64,000 bases of DNA from Candidatus Latescibacterota bacterium (GTDB taxonomy: Bacteria; Latescibacterota; UBA2968; GCA-2709665). Positions within the stretch are counted from its first letter, which is position 1, and the number at the start of each line of letters is the position of its first letter. Positions 19,363 through 29,623 of this stretch are shown here, piece by piece. The stretch is from assembly GCA_965219995.1 (NCBI GenBank), contig CBDCOX010000002.1:4832001-4896000 (forward strand). The letters are read 5' to 3'. Below the pieces are notes generated by a model. It worked only from the letters and a program-made list of their open reading frames with translations, made no database searches and was not told the origin of the DNA. Both the position numbers and the translations under genes were made by a program.

Positions 19363-22248
19363 ATGAGAAACGCGCTGCGGATTCCGTTTCTGGTCTGTCT
19401 CATCCTGTTCGGCGCATGCGCTGCACCACAACGAACGGCGCCGCCGAAAGCGCCCGAGCCGCCCCCCTCGCCGAAGCTGCCGGTGGACCCGAATGTGACG
19501 CTTGGAACGCTGCAGAACGGCGTACGGTACATTATCCGTGAGAACAAACGCCCGGAGAATCGCGCAGAGTTGCGCCTGGTGGTGAACGCGGGTTCGATTC
19601 TGGAAGACGAGGATCAGCAGGGGCTGGCTCATTTCGTGGAACATATGGCGTTCAACGGCACCCGGAATTTTCCCAAGCAGGACCTGGTGGATTACCTGGA
19701 ATCGATCGGCATGCGCTTCGGACCCGACCTGAATGCGTACACGAGTTTCGACGAGACCGTGTATATGCTGCAGGTGCCCACGGATAGCGCGCGGGTTGTC
19801 ACGCAGGCGTTCCGGATTCTGGAAGACTGGGCTTCCGGCGTGCTCTTCGAAGCGGAGGAGATCGACAAGGAGAGAGGGGTGGTGATCGAGGAATGGCGGC
19901 TGGGCCAGGGTGCAGGGGCCCGGTTGCGGGACAAACAGTTCCCGATCCTGCTCAAGGGCTCGCGATACGCGGAAAGGCTGCCCATCGGAAAAAAGGCGGT
20001 GCTGGACACCTTCAGACACGATGCGGCCAGGCGGTTTTACCGGGACTGGTACCGGCCGGACCTGATGGCGGTCATCGCGGTGGGTGATTTCGAGACGGAA
20101 TGGATCGAGGGATTGATTCGGGAACACTTCGGGCGGATTCCCGCGGCCAGCGAACCCAGAGAGCGGACGTTGCATCCGGTTCCGGGACACGAGGAAACGC
20201 TGTTCACCATCGCCACCGATCCGGAGGCAACGCGAACGAACGTTGCCATCTATTACAAGCAGCCCGTGCGTGAGCAGGATTCGGCGGAAGCCTATCGCCA
20301 GAACATCGTCGGATCCCTGTACAACCGGATGCTGAACGCGCGGCTGCGCGAACTGACGAAGAAGCCCGACGCGCCGTTTCTGTTCGCGTATTCCAGCCAG
20401 GGACGCTTTATCAGGACAAGCGAGTTTTACGTGCAGGGCGCCGTCGTGAGGGAGGGCGGGCTTCTGCGGGGGTTGGAGGCGGTGCTGACGGAAGCCGCAC
20501 GGGTGCGACTGCATGGGTTCACGCAGTCCGAACTGGACCGTGAAAAGACCGAGGCGCTCAGGGGAATGGAGCGGGCAAATGCGGAGCGGGACAAGGCGCG
20601 GTCCCGCGGGTTTGCATCGGAGTATATCAGGCACTTTCTGACCGGTGAGCCGATTCCCGGGATCGAGTATGAGTACGGGATGTACAGAGAGATGGTGCCT
20701 GGAATTCAGCTGGCCGAGGTGAACCGTCTCGCCGGCGAGTGGATTACCGGGCAGAACCGGGTCGTGCTGGTCGACGGTCCGGAGAAGCAGGGTGTCACGA
20801 TGCCCGCTACAGACGAATTGGCCGCGGTGATCGACAGTGTGGACCGGAAGCAGATCGAGCCCTACGAAGACGCGGCCTCGGCCCAACCTCTTGTGGAGAC
20901 GCCGCCAACGCCCGGCGAAATCGTCGCGGAGAAACAGATCGCGGAACTCGGCGTGACCGAGTGGACGCTATCCAATGGCGTCCGCGTGGTACTGAAGCCG
21001 ACCGATTTCAAGAACGACGAAGTGCTGTTTTCGGCATTCAGCCCGGGCGGACACGGGCTGGTCTCGGATGAGGACTATCTCCCGGCTGCAACCGCATCGG
21101 CTGTCGTCCAGGAAGGCGGCCTGGGAACCTTCGACGCGATCGGTCTGGAAAAGAAACTGGCCGGCAAGGTCGTGCGTGTATCGCCCTGGATCCAGGGACT
21201 TCGCGAAGGGGTCCGGGGCAGCGCCTCGTTGAAAGACCTGGAGACGATGTTTCAGCTCGTCTACCTGACGTTCACGGCGCCTCGCAAGGATCCCGAAGCG
21301 TTTCTGGCCTACGTGCAGCGCATCCGCGGATCGCTGGAAAACCGCAGCGCCAACCCTGCGACGGCCTTCGGCGATACGATCCAGGTCACCATGTCGCAGT
21401 ATCACCATCGGGCACGGGTCTGGTCCGAAGCGCTTCTTGAAGAAATGAACCTCGACCGTTCGATCGAGATCTACAGAGACCGGTTTGCCGACGCCGGTGA
21501 TTTCGTATTCTTCTTTGTGGGAAATCTGGATCCGGATGGCCTCCGCCCGCTCGTAAAGACGTACCTTGGCGGATTGCCCGCGACCCGGCGAAACGAGACC
21601 TGGCGCGACGTGGGATTGCGGCCCCCCCGTGGCGTGATCCAAAAAACCGTCCACAGGGGTCTGGAACCGAAGAGCAGCAACCGGATCGTCTTCACCGGGC
21701 CCTTCGAATGGAGCCGCAGGAACCGTTACAACCTGGGGTCCACCATCGACGTACTCCGTATCAAGCTTCGCGAGGTTCTTCGGGAGGAGATGGGAGGGAC
21801 CTACGGCGTGGGCGTGGGCGTGTCCACGTCCCGCTATCCCGAACAGCGGTACCGGATACGGATAAGTTTCGGCTGCGCGCCCGACAGCGTCGAGCAGCTT
21901 ACCCGGGCGGTTTTCGCCCAGATCGACAGCCTCAAACAGTTCGGCGCGGCGGATTCTTATATCGAAAAAGTCCAGGAGGGGGACCGCCGCAGTCGGGAAG
22001 CTTCGTTGAAGGAAAACGGATTCTGGCTGAGGTCCCTCTCGTCCAATTACTGGCTGGGGCAGGATCCCGTTACGATCCTGGCGTACGACGATCTCGTGGA
22101 TGGTCTGACGTCGGACATTGTCCGGGAGGCTGCGCGGAAGCACTTCAATATGGAGAACTACGCGCGTTTCGTGCTCTATCCGGAAGAGGCGACGGGCGAA
22201 CCCGAAGCAGGTTCCGGTGGTCCTCCGGACGCGGTGCGGGGTTTCTGA
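19363..22248 (+). CDS. M16 family zinc protease (PqqL-like), probable lipoprotein
   Basis: HFVEH (HxxEH), NAYTSFDET; lipobox-like LFGAC. Confidence 0.92.
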   Translation: MRNALRIPFLVCLILFGACAAPQRTAPPKAPEPPPSPKLPVDPNVTLGTLQNGVRYIIRENKRPENRAELRLVVNAGSILEDEDQQGLAHFVEHMAFNGTRNFPKQDLVDYLESIGMRFGPDLNAYTSFDETVYMLQVPTDSARVVTQAFRILEDWASGVLFEAEEIDKERGVVIEEWRLGQGAGARLRDKQFPILLKGSRYAERLPIGKKAVLDTFRHDAARRFYRDWYRPDLMAVIAVGDFETEWIEGLIREHFGRIPAASEPRERTLHPVPGHEETLFTIATDPEATRTNVAIYYKQPVREQDSAEAYRQNIVGSLYNRMLNARLRELTKKPDAPFLFAYSSQGRFIRTSEFYVQGAVVREGGLLRGLEAVLTEAARVRLHGFTQSELDREKTEALRGMERANAERDKARSRGFASEYIRHFLTGEPIPGIEYEYGMYREMVPGIQLAEVNRLAGEWITGQNRVVLVDGPEKQGVTMPATDELAAVIDSVDRKQIEPYEDAASAQPLVETPPTPGEIVAEKQIAELGVTEWTLSNGVRVVLKPTDFKNDEVLFSAFSPGGHGLVSDEDYLPAATASAVVQEGGLGTFDAIGLEKKLAGKVVRVSPWIQGLREGVRGSASLKDLETMFQLVYLTFTAPRKDPEAFLAYVQRIRGSLENRSANPATAFGDTIQVTMSQYHHRARVWSEALLEEMNLDRSIEIYRDRFADAGDFVFFFVGNLDPDGLRPLVKTYLGGLPATRRNETWRDVGLRPPRGVIQKTVHRGLEPKSSNRIVFTGPFEWSRRNRYNLGSTIDVLRIKLREVLREEMGGTYGVGVGVSTSRYPEQRYRIRISFGCAPDSVEQLTRAVFAQIDSLKQFGAADSYIEKVQEGDRRSREASLKENGFWLRSLSSNYWLGQDPVTILAYDDLVDGLTSDIVREAARKHFNMENYARFVLYPEEATGEPEAGSGGPPDAVRGF

Positions 22249-22331
22249 TTGCTCCCGGTGAAGCGCAGTTCCTCGGATGCCCGCCCGGCGACCGGAGATC
22301 GCATGGCAATTGCGCGCAGTGATGAACAGCG

Positions 22332-22367
22332 GAGTCCCGGCGTGTCCAGATGCCGGGACTCGTCTTT
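22332..22367 (+). terminator. hairpin, likely terminator
   Basis: Stem gagtcccggc / gccgggactc followed by gtcttt. Confidence 0.55.
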
Positions 22368-22403
22368 GATGTGTGAATGAGAGACCGGACTGAGGAGCCA
22401 TCG

Positions 22404-23438
22404 ATGCAGAGATTCGAACGGGCGGCGGACGTCAGGACCGGCGTGGTCGGGTACGGCGCGGCCTTCGATATGGGCCGGCGTCACCTGTCGGATATGCGTA
22501 CGGCCGGCATGACGCCCTGCGCGGTCGCGGAGACGGATCCGGAGAGACTCGCCGCCGCCGGCAGAGATTTCCCGGGAATCGAACAGTATCGCTCCGTCGG
22601 TGAGATGTTGCGGAAGTCGGCGGTGAATCTGGTGGTGTTGATCACGCCGCACAACACCCATGCGAGGCTGGCACTGAAGTGCCTGCGCGCTGGACGTCAC
22701 GTAATCACCGAAAAACCGTTTGCCGTTACGACCGCACAGTGCGACGCCATGATACGCGAGGCCGAGGAGCGGGATCTCATGCTCTCGACGTATCACAACC
22801 GGCACTGGGACGGGTGTGTTCTGGAAGCTCTCAAACATCTGCATGATGAGAAGGCGATCGGCGAGATCTACCGTGTGGACGCGCGAATCGGCGGATACGG
22901 GCACCCGGGTGACTGGTGGCGGAGCAGCCGGTCCATTTCCGGGGGCATCATGTACGACTGGGGCGTGCATTTTCTGGAGTACGCGCTGCAGATCGTGCCT
23001 TCGGACGTCGTTGAGGTCGCGGGCTTTGCAAAGACCGGCTTCTGGGCTGACGAGACGCCGTGGAAGGAAGATACGAACGAAGACGTGGCGTGCGCGGTGG
23101 TCAGGTTCGACAACGGCGCCTGGCTGAGCCTCACCGTATCGTCGCTCGAGTCGAATCCCCGGCCGGGTCAACTGGAGATCTCGGGTACCGGAGGCAGTTA
23201 CATCTTCGACGGGCGCACATACGAGATGATCCGTCAACAGGGAGATGAGAAAGTGGTGACGAAGGGCGCCAATATGCCCAGCCGGTGGGAAGCCTACTAT
23301 GAGAACGTCGCCGGGCACCTGACGGCCGGTGATGATCTGATCATTACACCGGAATGGGCCAGGCGGCCGATCCACATTCTGGACCTCGCAGCGAAGAGTG
23401 CGCAACGTGGACGGGCGATCAGGGCGAAATACAAATGA
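22404..23438 (+). CDS. Gfo/Idh/MocA oxidoreductase
   Basis: EKP, HNRHWD and GGIMYDWGVH motifs. Confidence 0.92.
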   Translation: MQRFERAADVRTGVVGYGAAFDMGRRHLSDMRTAGMTPCAVAETDPERLAAAGRDFPGIEQYRSVGEMLRKSAVNLVVLITPHNTHARLALKCLRAGRHVITEKPFAVTTAQCDAMIREAEERDLMLSTYHNRHWDGCVLEALKHLHDEKAIGEIYRVDARIGGYGHPGDWWRSSRSISGGIMYDWGVHFLEYALQIVPSDVVEVAGFAKTGFWADETPWKEDTNEDVACAVVRFDNGAWLSLTVSSLESNPRPGQLEISGTGGSYIFDGRTYEMIRQQGDEKVVTKGANMPSRWEAYYENVAGHLTAGDDLIITPEWARRPIHILDLAAKSAQRGRAIRAKYK

Positions 23439-23448
23439 GGGGATCGAG

Positions 23449-24771
23449 ATGAAGAAAGATACGCGGAATTCACACGCCATCGTGCCAGGGGTGCACCCTC
23501 CGCCCGACGTGTCCAGAATGCAGGGTTACGCGTCCCGGTTGAGCGCGTCGCCCGACGACAACATCGCCTTTCGGATGACAACGAACGCCCGGAGCTACGA
23601 CGTCTCGTTCCGGCGCCTCGGCAATACCAGCGTCGACATCGGTACGGTGAAGGGGCTGCGCGGGCGGATGCAGGCATGCCCGGAGAATGCATGGGAGACC
23701 GGCTGCGGCTGGGAGTCGGATTTCTATTGGATCGTGCCCGAGGAGACGCGTTCGTGGATCTATGCGGCGGAGTTCGTTGACGAGAGGGGCGTTGGGTTTC
23801 ACGTTCCGTTCGTGATCAAACCCCGGTTTCACCTCAAGGGCAACGTGGCCGTGCTGGCATCCACGAACACCTGGCACGCGTATAACGGATGGGGCGGCCG
23901 GTCGGCATACAGCGAGCCGCAGCCCACCACCCTGAGCCTGGACCGCCCCATGCCTACGGCGTCGCCGGAAGGTGAGGGCAGAAACCACCTGTTGCGGGCC
24001 GAGATGTGGATCCTGGACTGGATGGAGGAGAGCGGTTACGCGGTGGACGTCTATTCGGACATCGATCTGCATCGGGGATGGGGCTGGCTGGCCGACTACG
24101 GCGCTCTCGTGATCAATACGCACAGCGAGTACTGGTCGGAGCCCATGCGAGACCATCTGGACGCCTATCTGGATGCAGGCGGGAGCCTGCTGTATCTTTC
24201 GGGTAACGGTGTCTACTGGAAGGTGACATGGGATTCCACCTGCCGTTCCATGGAAATCCGCAAGGACGGCAAGCCACACTACCAGAACGGCGAAGAGGGC
24301 GGGTTGTGGCGGAACCTCGGCCGGCCGGAGCACGCCGTGCTCGGCGTGGGTTATCTGCGGCCGGGATATATGACGTTCGCGCCGTACCGGGTCGAAGCGG
24401 CGTCGCACTGGATTTTCGAGGGACTCGAACTGGAGAACGGAGATCTTATCGGCGAAGAGGGCGCCAACGGCGGTGCGGCAAGCGGCTGGGAGGCGGACCA
24501 GGTGCGGCAGGGTTGGTCTCCGGAGAACATCACAGTGCTGGCCAGGGGAATCAACCCGGAAGACTATGTGAACGACGGGCGATCGGCGGTCTATCCGAAC
24601 GACGAGTTCGACTGGGACGGCTCGGGAGGCGCTCACATGGCGTATTACGACCATCCTGGCGGGGGCGGGGTGTTCTCGGTAGGGTCGATCGCGTTTGGAG
24701 GCAGCCTGATCATGGACCGAGTGCTGCAGGGAACCGTGAGAAACGTCTTGGACCGGTTTCTACGCAGATAA
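23449..24771 (+). CDS. N,N-dimethylformamidase beta-subunit-like protein
   Basis: TWHAYNGWGG.SAY, HSEYWS, LSGN..YW and VFSVGSI motifs. Confidence 0.85.
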   Translation: MKKDTRNSHAIVPGVHPPPDVSRMQGYASRLSASPDDNIAFRMTTNARSYDVSFRRLGNTSVDIGTVKGLRGRMQACPENAWETGCGWESDFYWIVPEETRSWIYAAEFVDERGVGFHVPFVIKPRFHLKGNVAVLASTNTWHAYNGWGGRSAYSEPQPTTLSLDRPMPTASPEGEGRNHLLRAEMWILDWMEESGYAVDVYSDIDLHRGWGWLADYGALVINTHSEYWSEPMRDHLDAYLDAGGSLLYLSGNGVYWKVTWDSTCRSMEIRKDGKPHYQNGEEGGLWRNLGRPEHAVLGVGYLRPGYMTFAPYRVEAASHWIFEGLELENGDLIGEEGANGGAASGWEADQVRQGWSPENITVLARGINPEDYVNDGRSAVYPNDEFDWDGSGGAHMAYYDHPGGGGVFSVGSIAFGGSLIMDRVLQGTVRNVLDRFLRR

Positions 24772-24787
24772 CTGAAGGGACCAACCC

Positions 24788-25675
24788 ATGGCCGATGAAC
24801 GGAGGACCGCGCGCTACGATCTTCATCTGCACACGTACTGGAGCTACGATGCCCTGGCGCAGCCTGAAAGCCATTTCAATCGGGCCCGGGAACTCGACGT
24901 GGAGTGTTTCGCGATTACGGACCACCACGTGCTTGATTCACTGCCGGAGGTGCTGGAGATCGCTCAGGGCTATCCGGAGATTCGCGTCGTCCCGTCGGCA
25001 GAGCTGACGATGACCACGTCGATCGGATCCGTGGACCTGCTGTGTTATGGCTTTCCCGCGGACCTGCCCGCGGCAATGGTACAGGTACTCGAGGCGTATC
25101 ACGACTGGCAGCGGGACTTCGGCTCGGCGATTTCGGCCGGCCTGCAGGCGCTCGGATTGGATTTCTCCAATGCCGACCGTCTCGAACTGTTGAAGTCGTA
25201 CAGACCCTCGAAGACGATCGAGTTGCAGGGAAACACGCACGTGAAGGGTGGCGTGATTCAGCAGTATTGCGTGGATCGCGGGTTCATCGACCGGGTTGGG
25301 GACTACGCCGATCTGATGTCGCGAGCGGGTGCGGCGACGCGGTTCCCGCCGTATCCCCACGTAAAGGATGCGATGCCGGCCGTGAAGGAGGCGGGCGCAC
25401 TGGTGTCGATCGCACATCCCTTCGGATATTTCAGGGAAGACGACGTGGAACGGATGGATGCGCTGCGCGTGGAGTGCTCGCTGGACGGTATCGAGTGCGC
25501 CCATCCGGGCGTGCCGCCCGAGTTCACGGCGAAGTACCGCGAGTACTGCGAACGCCACGGGCTGTTCTCAACCGGCGGTTCCGACTGTCATACGGATGAG
25601 GACGTCGCAACGGGCTTCGCCGGGCACGGCGGTCCCGACGAATGGCTGGACGAGTTTCTGGACCGCCTCGACTGA
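24788..25675 (+). CDS. PHP-domain metallophosphoesterase
   Basis: DLHLHT, ITDH, AHP and GGSDCH motifs. Confidence 0.9.
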   Translation: MADERRTARYDLHLHTYWSYDALAQPESHFNRARELDVECFAITDHHVLDSLPEVLEIAQGYPEIRVVPSAELTMTTSIGSVDLLCYGFPADLPAAMVQVLEAYHDWQRDFGSAISAGLQALGLDFSNADRLELLKSYRPSKTIELQGNTHVKGGVIQQYCVDRGFIDRVGDYADLMSRAGAATRFPPYPHVKDAMPAVKEAGALVSIAHPFGYFREDDVERMDALRVECSLDGIECAHPGVPPEFTAKYREYCERHGLFSTGGSDCHTDEDVATGFAGHGGPDEWLDEFLDRLD

Positions 25676-25715
25676 CGAACGGCGAAAAGGCAGGTTTACC
25701 ACGAATGTCGATACC

Positions 25716-27347
25716 ATGAAAGCCTCGGATCTGTTCGTAAAATCCCTCGAGGCCGAGGGCGTGGAATATATCTTCGCCATCCCCGGCGAGGAGAACCTGG
25801 ACCTGCTGGAGTCGTTGCGCCACTCGAACATCAGGGTCATTCTCACCCGGCACGAACAGGCTGCGGGTTTCATGGCCGCGACGTACGGCCGCCTCTCAGG
25901 AAAGACCGGGGTGTGCATGTCCACGCTCGGGCCCGGGGCGACCAATTTCGTCACCGCGGCGGCGTACGCGCAGCTCGGCGGCATGCCGCTGCTGATGATC
26001 ACGGGCCAGAAGCCCATCAAGTCGAGCAAACAGGGTCATTTCCAGATCGTGGACGTGGTGGAGATGATGCGCCCGCTAACGAAGTACACGACCCGAATCG
26101 TCAGCGGAGCGACCATTCCGCCGCGTGTGCGGGAAGCGTTCCGCGTGGCGGAGGAGGAAAGGCCGGGCGCAGTGCACCTGGAGTTGCCGGAAGACATCGC
26201 CGCGGAAGAGGCGGAGGGGCGCCTTTTTCCCCGGGACCGCGTGCGGCGGCCCGTGGCGGAGGACAAGGCGGTTGCGCGGGCCGTTTCCATGATCCAGGAC
26301 GCGGGCCGGCCGCTGCTCCTGGTGGGGGCAGGCGCCAACCGCAAGCGCACGTCGAATATGCTGGTACGTTTCATCGACAAAACCGGCATCCCCTGGTTCA
26401 ATACGCAAATGGGCAAGGGCGTGGTGGACGAGCGCCATTCGCTGTATCTGGGAAACGCGGCGCTGTCTTCGGGAGACGCCATCCATTGCGCCATCGAACG
26501 GGCCGATCTGATCATCAACGTGGGCCACGACGTGGTGGAGAAGCCGCCTTTCCTGATGCGGGAGAACGGCCTGCAGGTTATCCACGTCAACTTTTCCTCC
26601 GCAGCGGTGGACCCCGTCTATTTCCCGCAACTCGAAGTGATCGGCGACATCGGCAACAGCCTGTGGCAGATCTGGCGGAGGATCGAGCCGCAGGCCCACT
26701 GGTCGTTCGACTACTTTGTCCGGGTCAAGGCGTGGGCCGACGCGAAGCTGGCCGCCGGGCACGACGACGACCGCTTTCCGGTCCTCCCGCAGCGGCTCGT
26801 GGCCGACGTCCGGCGCGTGCTGCCCGACGACGGCCTGATCGCCCTCGACAACGGAGTATACAAGATCTGGTTCGCGCTCAATTACCGCGCCCACCAGCCG
26901 AATACCGTGCTTCTCGACAACGCCCTGGCGACCATGGGCGCCGGTCTGCCCTCCGCCATGGCGGCCAGTCTGCTCCACCCGGACCGCGACGTGGTGGCGG
27001 TCTGCGGCGACGGGGGTTTCATGATGAACTCCCAGGAGCTGGAAACCGCGGTTCGACTGGGCCTGAACCTGGTGGCGCTGGTGCTGCGGGACGACGGCTA
27101 CGGCATGATCAAATGGAAGCAGGCCGATATGGGGCTGGCTGATTTCGGGTTGGATTTCGGAAATCCCGACTTCGTGCGCTATGCGGAGAGCTACGGCGCC
27201 GGGGGGCACCGGCTGAAACGGACCGGCGAATTGGCAGGACTGCTCAAGGGATGCCTCGACGCCGGCGGCGTGCACCTGATCGAGGTCCCGGTAGACTACT
27301 CCGAAAACCACAAGCTGCTGGACGGACAACTGGTCTGTCCGCTTTAG
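25716..27347 (+). CDS. acetolactate synthase large subunit-like ThDP enzyme
   Basis: PGEEN, RHEQ.A.F, TLGPG and GDGGF motifs. Confidence 0.93.
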   Translation: MKASDLFVKSLEAEGVEYIFAIPGEENLDLLESLRHSNIRVILTRHEQAAGFMAATYGRLSGKTGVCMSTLGPGATNFVTAAAYAQLGGMPLLMITGQKPIKSSKQGHFQIVDVVEMMRPLTKYTTRIVSGATIPPRVREAFRVAEEERPGAVHLELPEDIAAEEAEGRLFPRDRVRRPVAEDKAVARAVSMIQDAGRPLLLVGAGANRKRTSNMLVRFIDKTGIPWFNTQMGKGVVDERHSLYLGNAALSSGDAIHCAIERADLIINVGHDVVEKPPFLMRENGLQVIHVNFSSAAVDPVYFPQLEVIGDIGNSLWQIWRRIEPQAHWSFDYFVRVKAWADAKLAAGHDDDRFPVLPQRLVADVRRVLPDDGLIALDNGVYKIWFALNYRAHQPNTVLLDNALATMGAGLPSAMAASLLHPDRDVVAVCGDGGFMMNSQELETAVRLGLNLVALVLRDDGYGMIKWKQADMGLADFGLDFGNPDFVRYAESYGAGGHRLKRTGELAGLLKGCLDAGGVHLIEVPVDYSENHKLLDGQLVCPL

Positions 27348-27380
27348 AGAAAACCCTTCCCCGCAGCCCCTCATCCCCCG

Positions 27381-27516
27381 GGGAGACGTTAGAGGGGAGA
27401 CGGTAGAGGATGTGATTGCCCGGTTCGGGTTCATTTCTTGCCGGAGGCATAAAGGAAGAACCTATCGGGCAAAGATGTCATCTCCCGTCTCCCGTCTTGC
27501 GTCTCACCGCCTTTAC
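27381..27516. repeat. ~135 bp palindromic MITE/REP-like element, copy 1
   Basis: Inverted heptamer arms (gagacg../..cgtctc) flank core tcatttcttgccggaggcataaagg...cgggcaa.gatgtcatct. Confidence 0.75.
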
Positions 27517-27706
27517 GCGACCTCTCCCCCAGCCCTCCAAGATCAGCTCACACGAAGACACAATGGGAAACCGGAGACATCAGAACAGCGGGCAACCACA
27601 AAGGTTGCCCCTGCATGTGGAATCTGGTCGCGAGGTCTGGTGATCGCAGAGTGGTCCTCTCCGTTTTTCCGGACCGAGGGCATCCTGCCCTCGATCCCGC
27701 TCCGAT

Positions 27707-27822
27707 CACTCCCCCCTTGAGGGGGAGTCGCAGAAGCCGAGCCGATCCCTGAGCATGTCTGCATTTAGCTTGTCGAAATGTCGTAGGGTCGAAGGGCCGG
27801 CGACGGCTGATGCGGTGGGGGG
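27707..27822. repeat. palindromic repeat with an internal ctgagc..gtcgaagg motif
   Basis: Hairpin actccccccttgagggggagt; the internal ccctgagc...agcttgtcgaa...gtcgaaggg resembles 37167-37246. Confidence 0.55.
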
Positions 27823-27899
27823 ATCGCAGGGCCTTCCTGTTAGCTGGCAGCATGAGAAAACATGATCGCATTTTGCGGAGAAGTCTTACTGTAAGACTC

Positions 27900-28038
27900 T
27901 AAAGACGGTGTGAGGGTAGTCGAAAGAGGGAAAATTGTCCGCCGCGTTCGGTCTCATTTCGTGCCGGAGGCATAGAGGTAAAACCAATCGGGCAAGGATG
28001 TCATCTAACGTCTTGCGTCTCACGTCTCACCGCTTTTA
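27900..28038. repeat. palindromic MITE/REP-like element, copy 2
   Basis: tcatttcgtgccggagggcatagagg...cgggcaaggatgtcatct...cgtctcaccgctttta. Confidence 0.75.
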
Positions 28039-28044
28039 CGCGCC

Positions 28045-28437
28045 CTCGGGCTTTGCTGCAGCGCCGGAACCGGATTCATCCTCGAGCGGGACCCCGACGT
28101 CGTTCGCGCCCCGGACGCCGCCTTCGTCGCAAGCGGCCGTATTCCCGAAACCGGCGTCCCCGTAGGCTACTGGCCGTTCGCCCCCGATCTCGCCGTCGAA
28201 GTGGTCTCGCCATCGGATCGCCTCGCCGACGTCCACGTCAAGATTACCGATTACCTCGCCGCCGGAACCCGCCTGGTTTGGTTGATGGAACCCGAAACCC
28301 GGATGGTCCACGTCTACCGTTCGGCCCGACAGGTTGACGCGCTGGGAACGGATGACGCCCTCGACGGAGGCGACGTGCTTCCCGGGTTCCGAACGCCCGT
28401 CCAGCGACTCGTTCCCCAGGATCGCCGATTGCGATGA
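28045..28437 (+). pseudogene. Uma2 family endonuclease, 5'-truncated
   Basis: TGFILERDPDVVRAPDAAFV..APDLAVEVVSPSD..YLAAGTRLVW; no start codon, begins directly after the repeat element. Confidence 0.85.
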
Positions 28438-29058
28438 GGTTTGAGTTTGCTCCATTCATCGTCTTTTAGTACGGCTCTTATTGTAAATCTCACCGCGATG
28501 ATCCATATCTACCGCGTGAACTTTGCCGCCAATCCTATCGCAATACATCCTGACTGCCAACGCTCGTCTTAGTACGCCCTTCCTCATCTGCATCCAATCT
28601 CCCACCCGTTCATCCTGACGTAGCGGCCGGCGCGGCATCCGCCCGAAGACCGTAACGATGGATTCAACCGCTCGTTTACCCGTACCGTCATCCTGAAAGC
28701 CGCCCGGCAGACGAAGGAACTCCTTTGGCACGGGATGAACCTGAGCGTTCGTCATTCGCCCCCGCCCTGCAGGCCTGCCTGCGGAAGCCTAGGTATCCAG
28801 GTCAGCCGCTCCTTCCCTCGGTGCCGGTTCCCCGATGAATCCCCAATTTGACGCAACACCGTGCCTCGTAGGCAATAAACTCCCTACTTCATCAAAAAAT
28901 CAGCGAGAACATCTCACTTTTCAGTACTATTTCAACGAAACTTTATTATAATGTCACACACTCTGACGCAATTCGCGACACTGCTTTCAATACGGCGTTC
29001 CGGCGCCATCCTTCCTGGCATGGCGCCGCATCGTGTGGCAGGGTTTTTCCTCTACTGA

Positions 29059-29110
29059 TGTTAATGATCGCCGATATGCGGCCACTTCAGGATCGGTTTA
29101 ATGGGGCCAG
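29059..29110 (+). mobile_element. IS21-like terminal sequence (isolated)
   Basis: tgttaatgatcgccgatatgcggccac..gatcggtttaatggggcca, similar to the copies at 44437 and 45688. Confidence 0.5.
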
Positions 29111-29233
29111 TGATGACGTCCAGAATGACGGTCGGTGTGATCTGCCGCCGGAGAGGCAAGACCGGCAGCAGCGGAAGAACCTACCCGGTGAAGGACGTTA
29201 AAGAGTGTCCTGCCTCTCCATCACTGTTTTGGG

Positions 29234-29623
29234 CGATTCGAGCTTGTTAAAGGGGAGATCATTAGAATGACGCCAACCGGAGCGGAACGTGGGGTCGTCA
29301 CTGCACGTATCGGCCAACTCATTCGAGAGTGTGTGACCGCTCACGACCTCGGACTCTGCTGCGGCTTCGAGACAGGTTTCATCCTGGAGAGGGATCCCGA
29401 AACTGTGCGCGCCCCTGACGCCACCTTCGTCGCAAATCGCAGTATTTCCGATTCCGGCGAACCCGCCTGGTCTAGCTGCTGGAACCCGAGACTCAGGTGG
29501 TCCACGTCTACCAAGCAGATTGATATGCTGGGAACGGCTGACGACCTCAACGACGGCGACGTGCTTCTCGGGTTCCGAATGCCCGTCCAACATCTTTTAC
29601 CCCCGGATCGCCCATCGCGATGA
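29234..29623 (+). pseudogene. Uma2 family endonuclease, internally deleted and frameshifted
   Basis: RFELVKGEIIRMTP..GFILERDPETVRAPD; lacks the PDLAVEV segment present in the 28045 copy. Confidence 0.8.

Noticed and set aside
8710-27434. Long antisense ORFs (e.g. 8710-10143, 11343-12782, 19360-20886, 26076-27434)
   Set aside because: They are shadow frames of well-supported plus-strand genes in GC-rich DNA and show no motifs.
27412-27871. Short ORFs across the repeat cluster
   Set aside because: They are translations of palindromic repeats with no coding signal.
27882-27898. Perfect palindrome agtcttac-t-gtaagact as an operator
   Set aside because: It is a single instance at a repeat edge with no regulator or promoter context.
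28456-29050. ORF 28456-28755 or a structured ncRNA between the Uma2 relics
   Set aside because: I found no recognisable protein motif or RNA family; a few hairpins are not enough to support a call.
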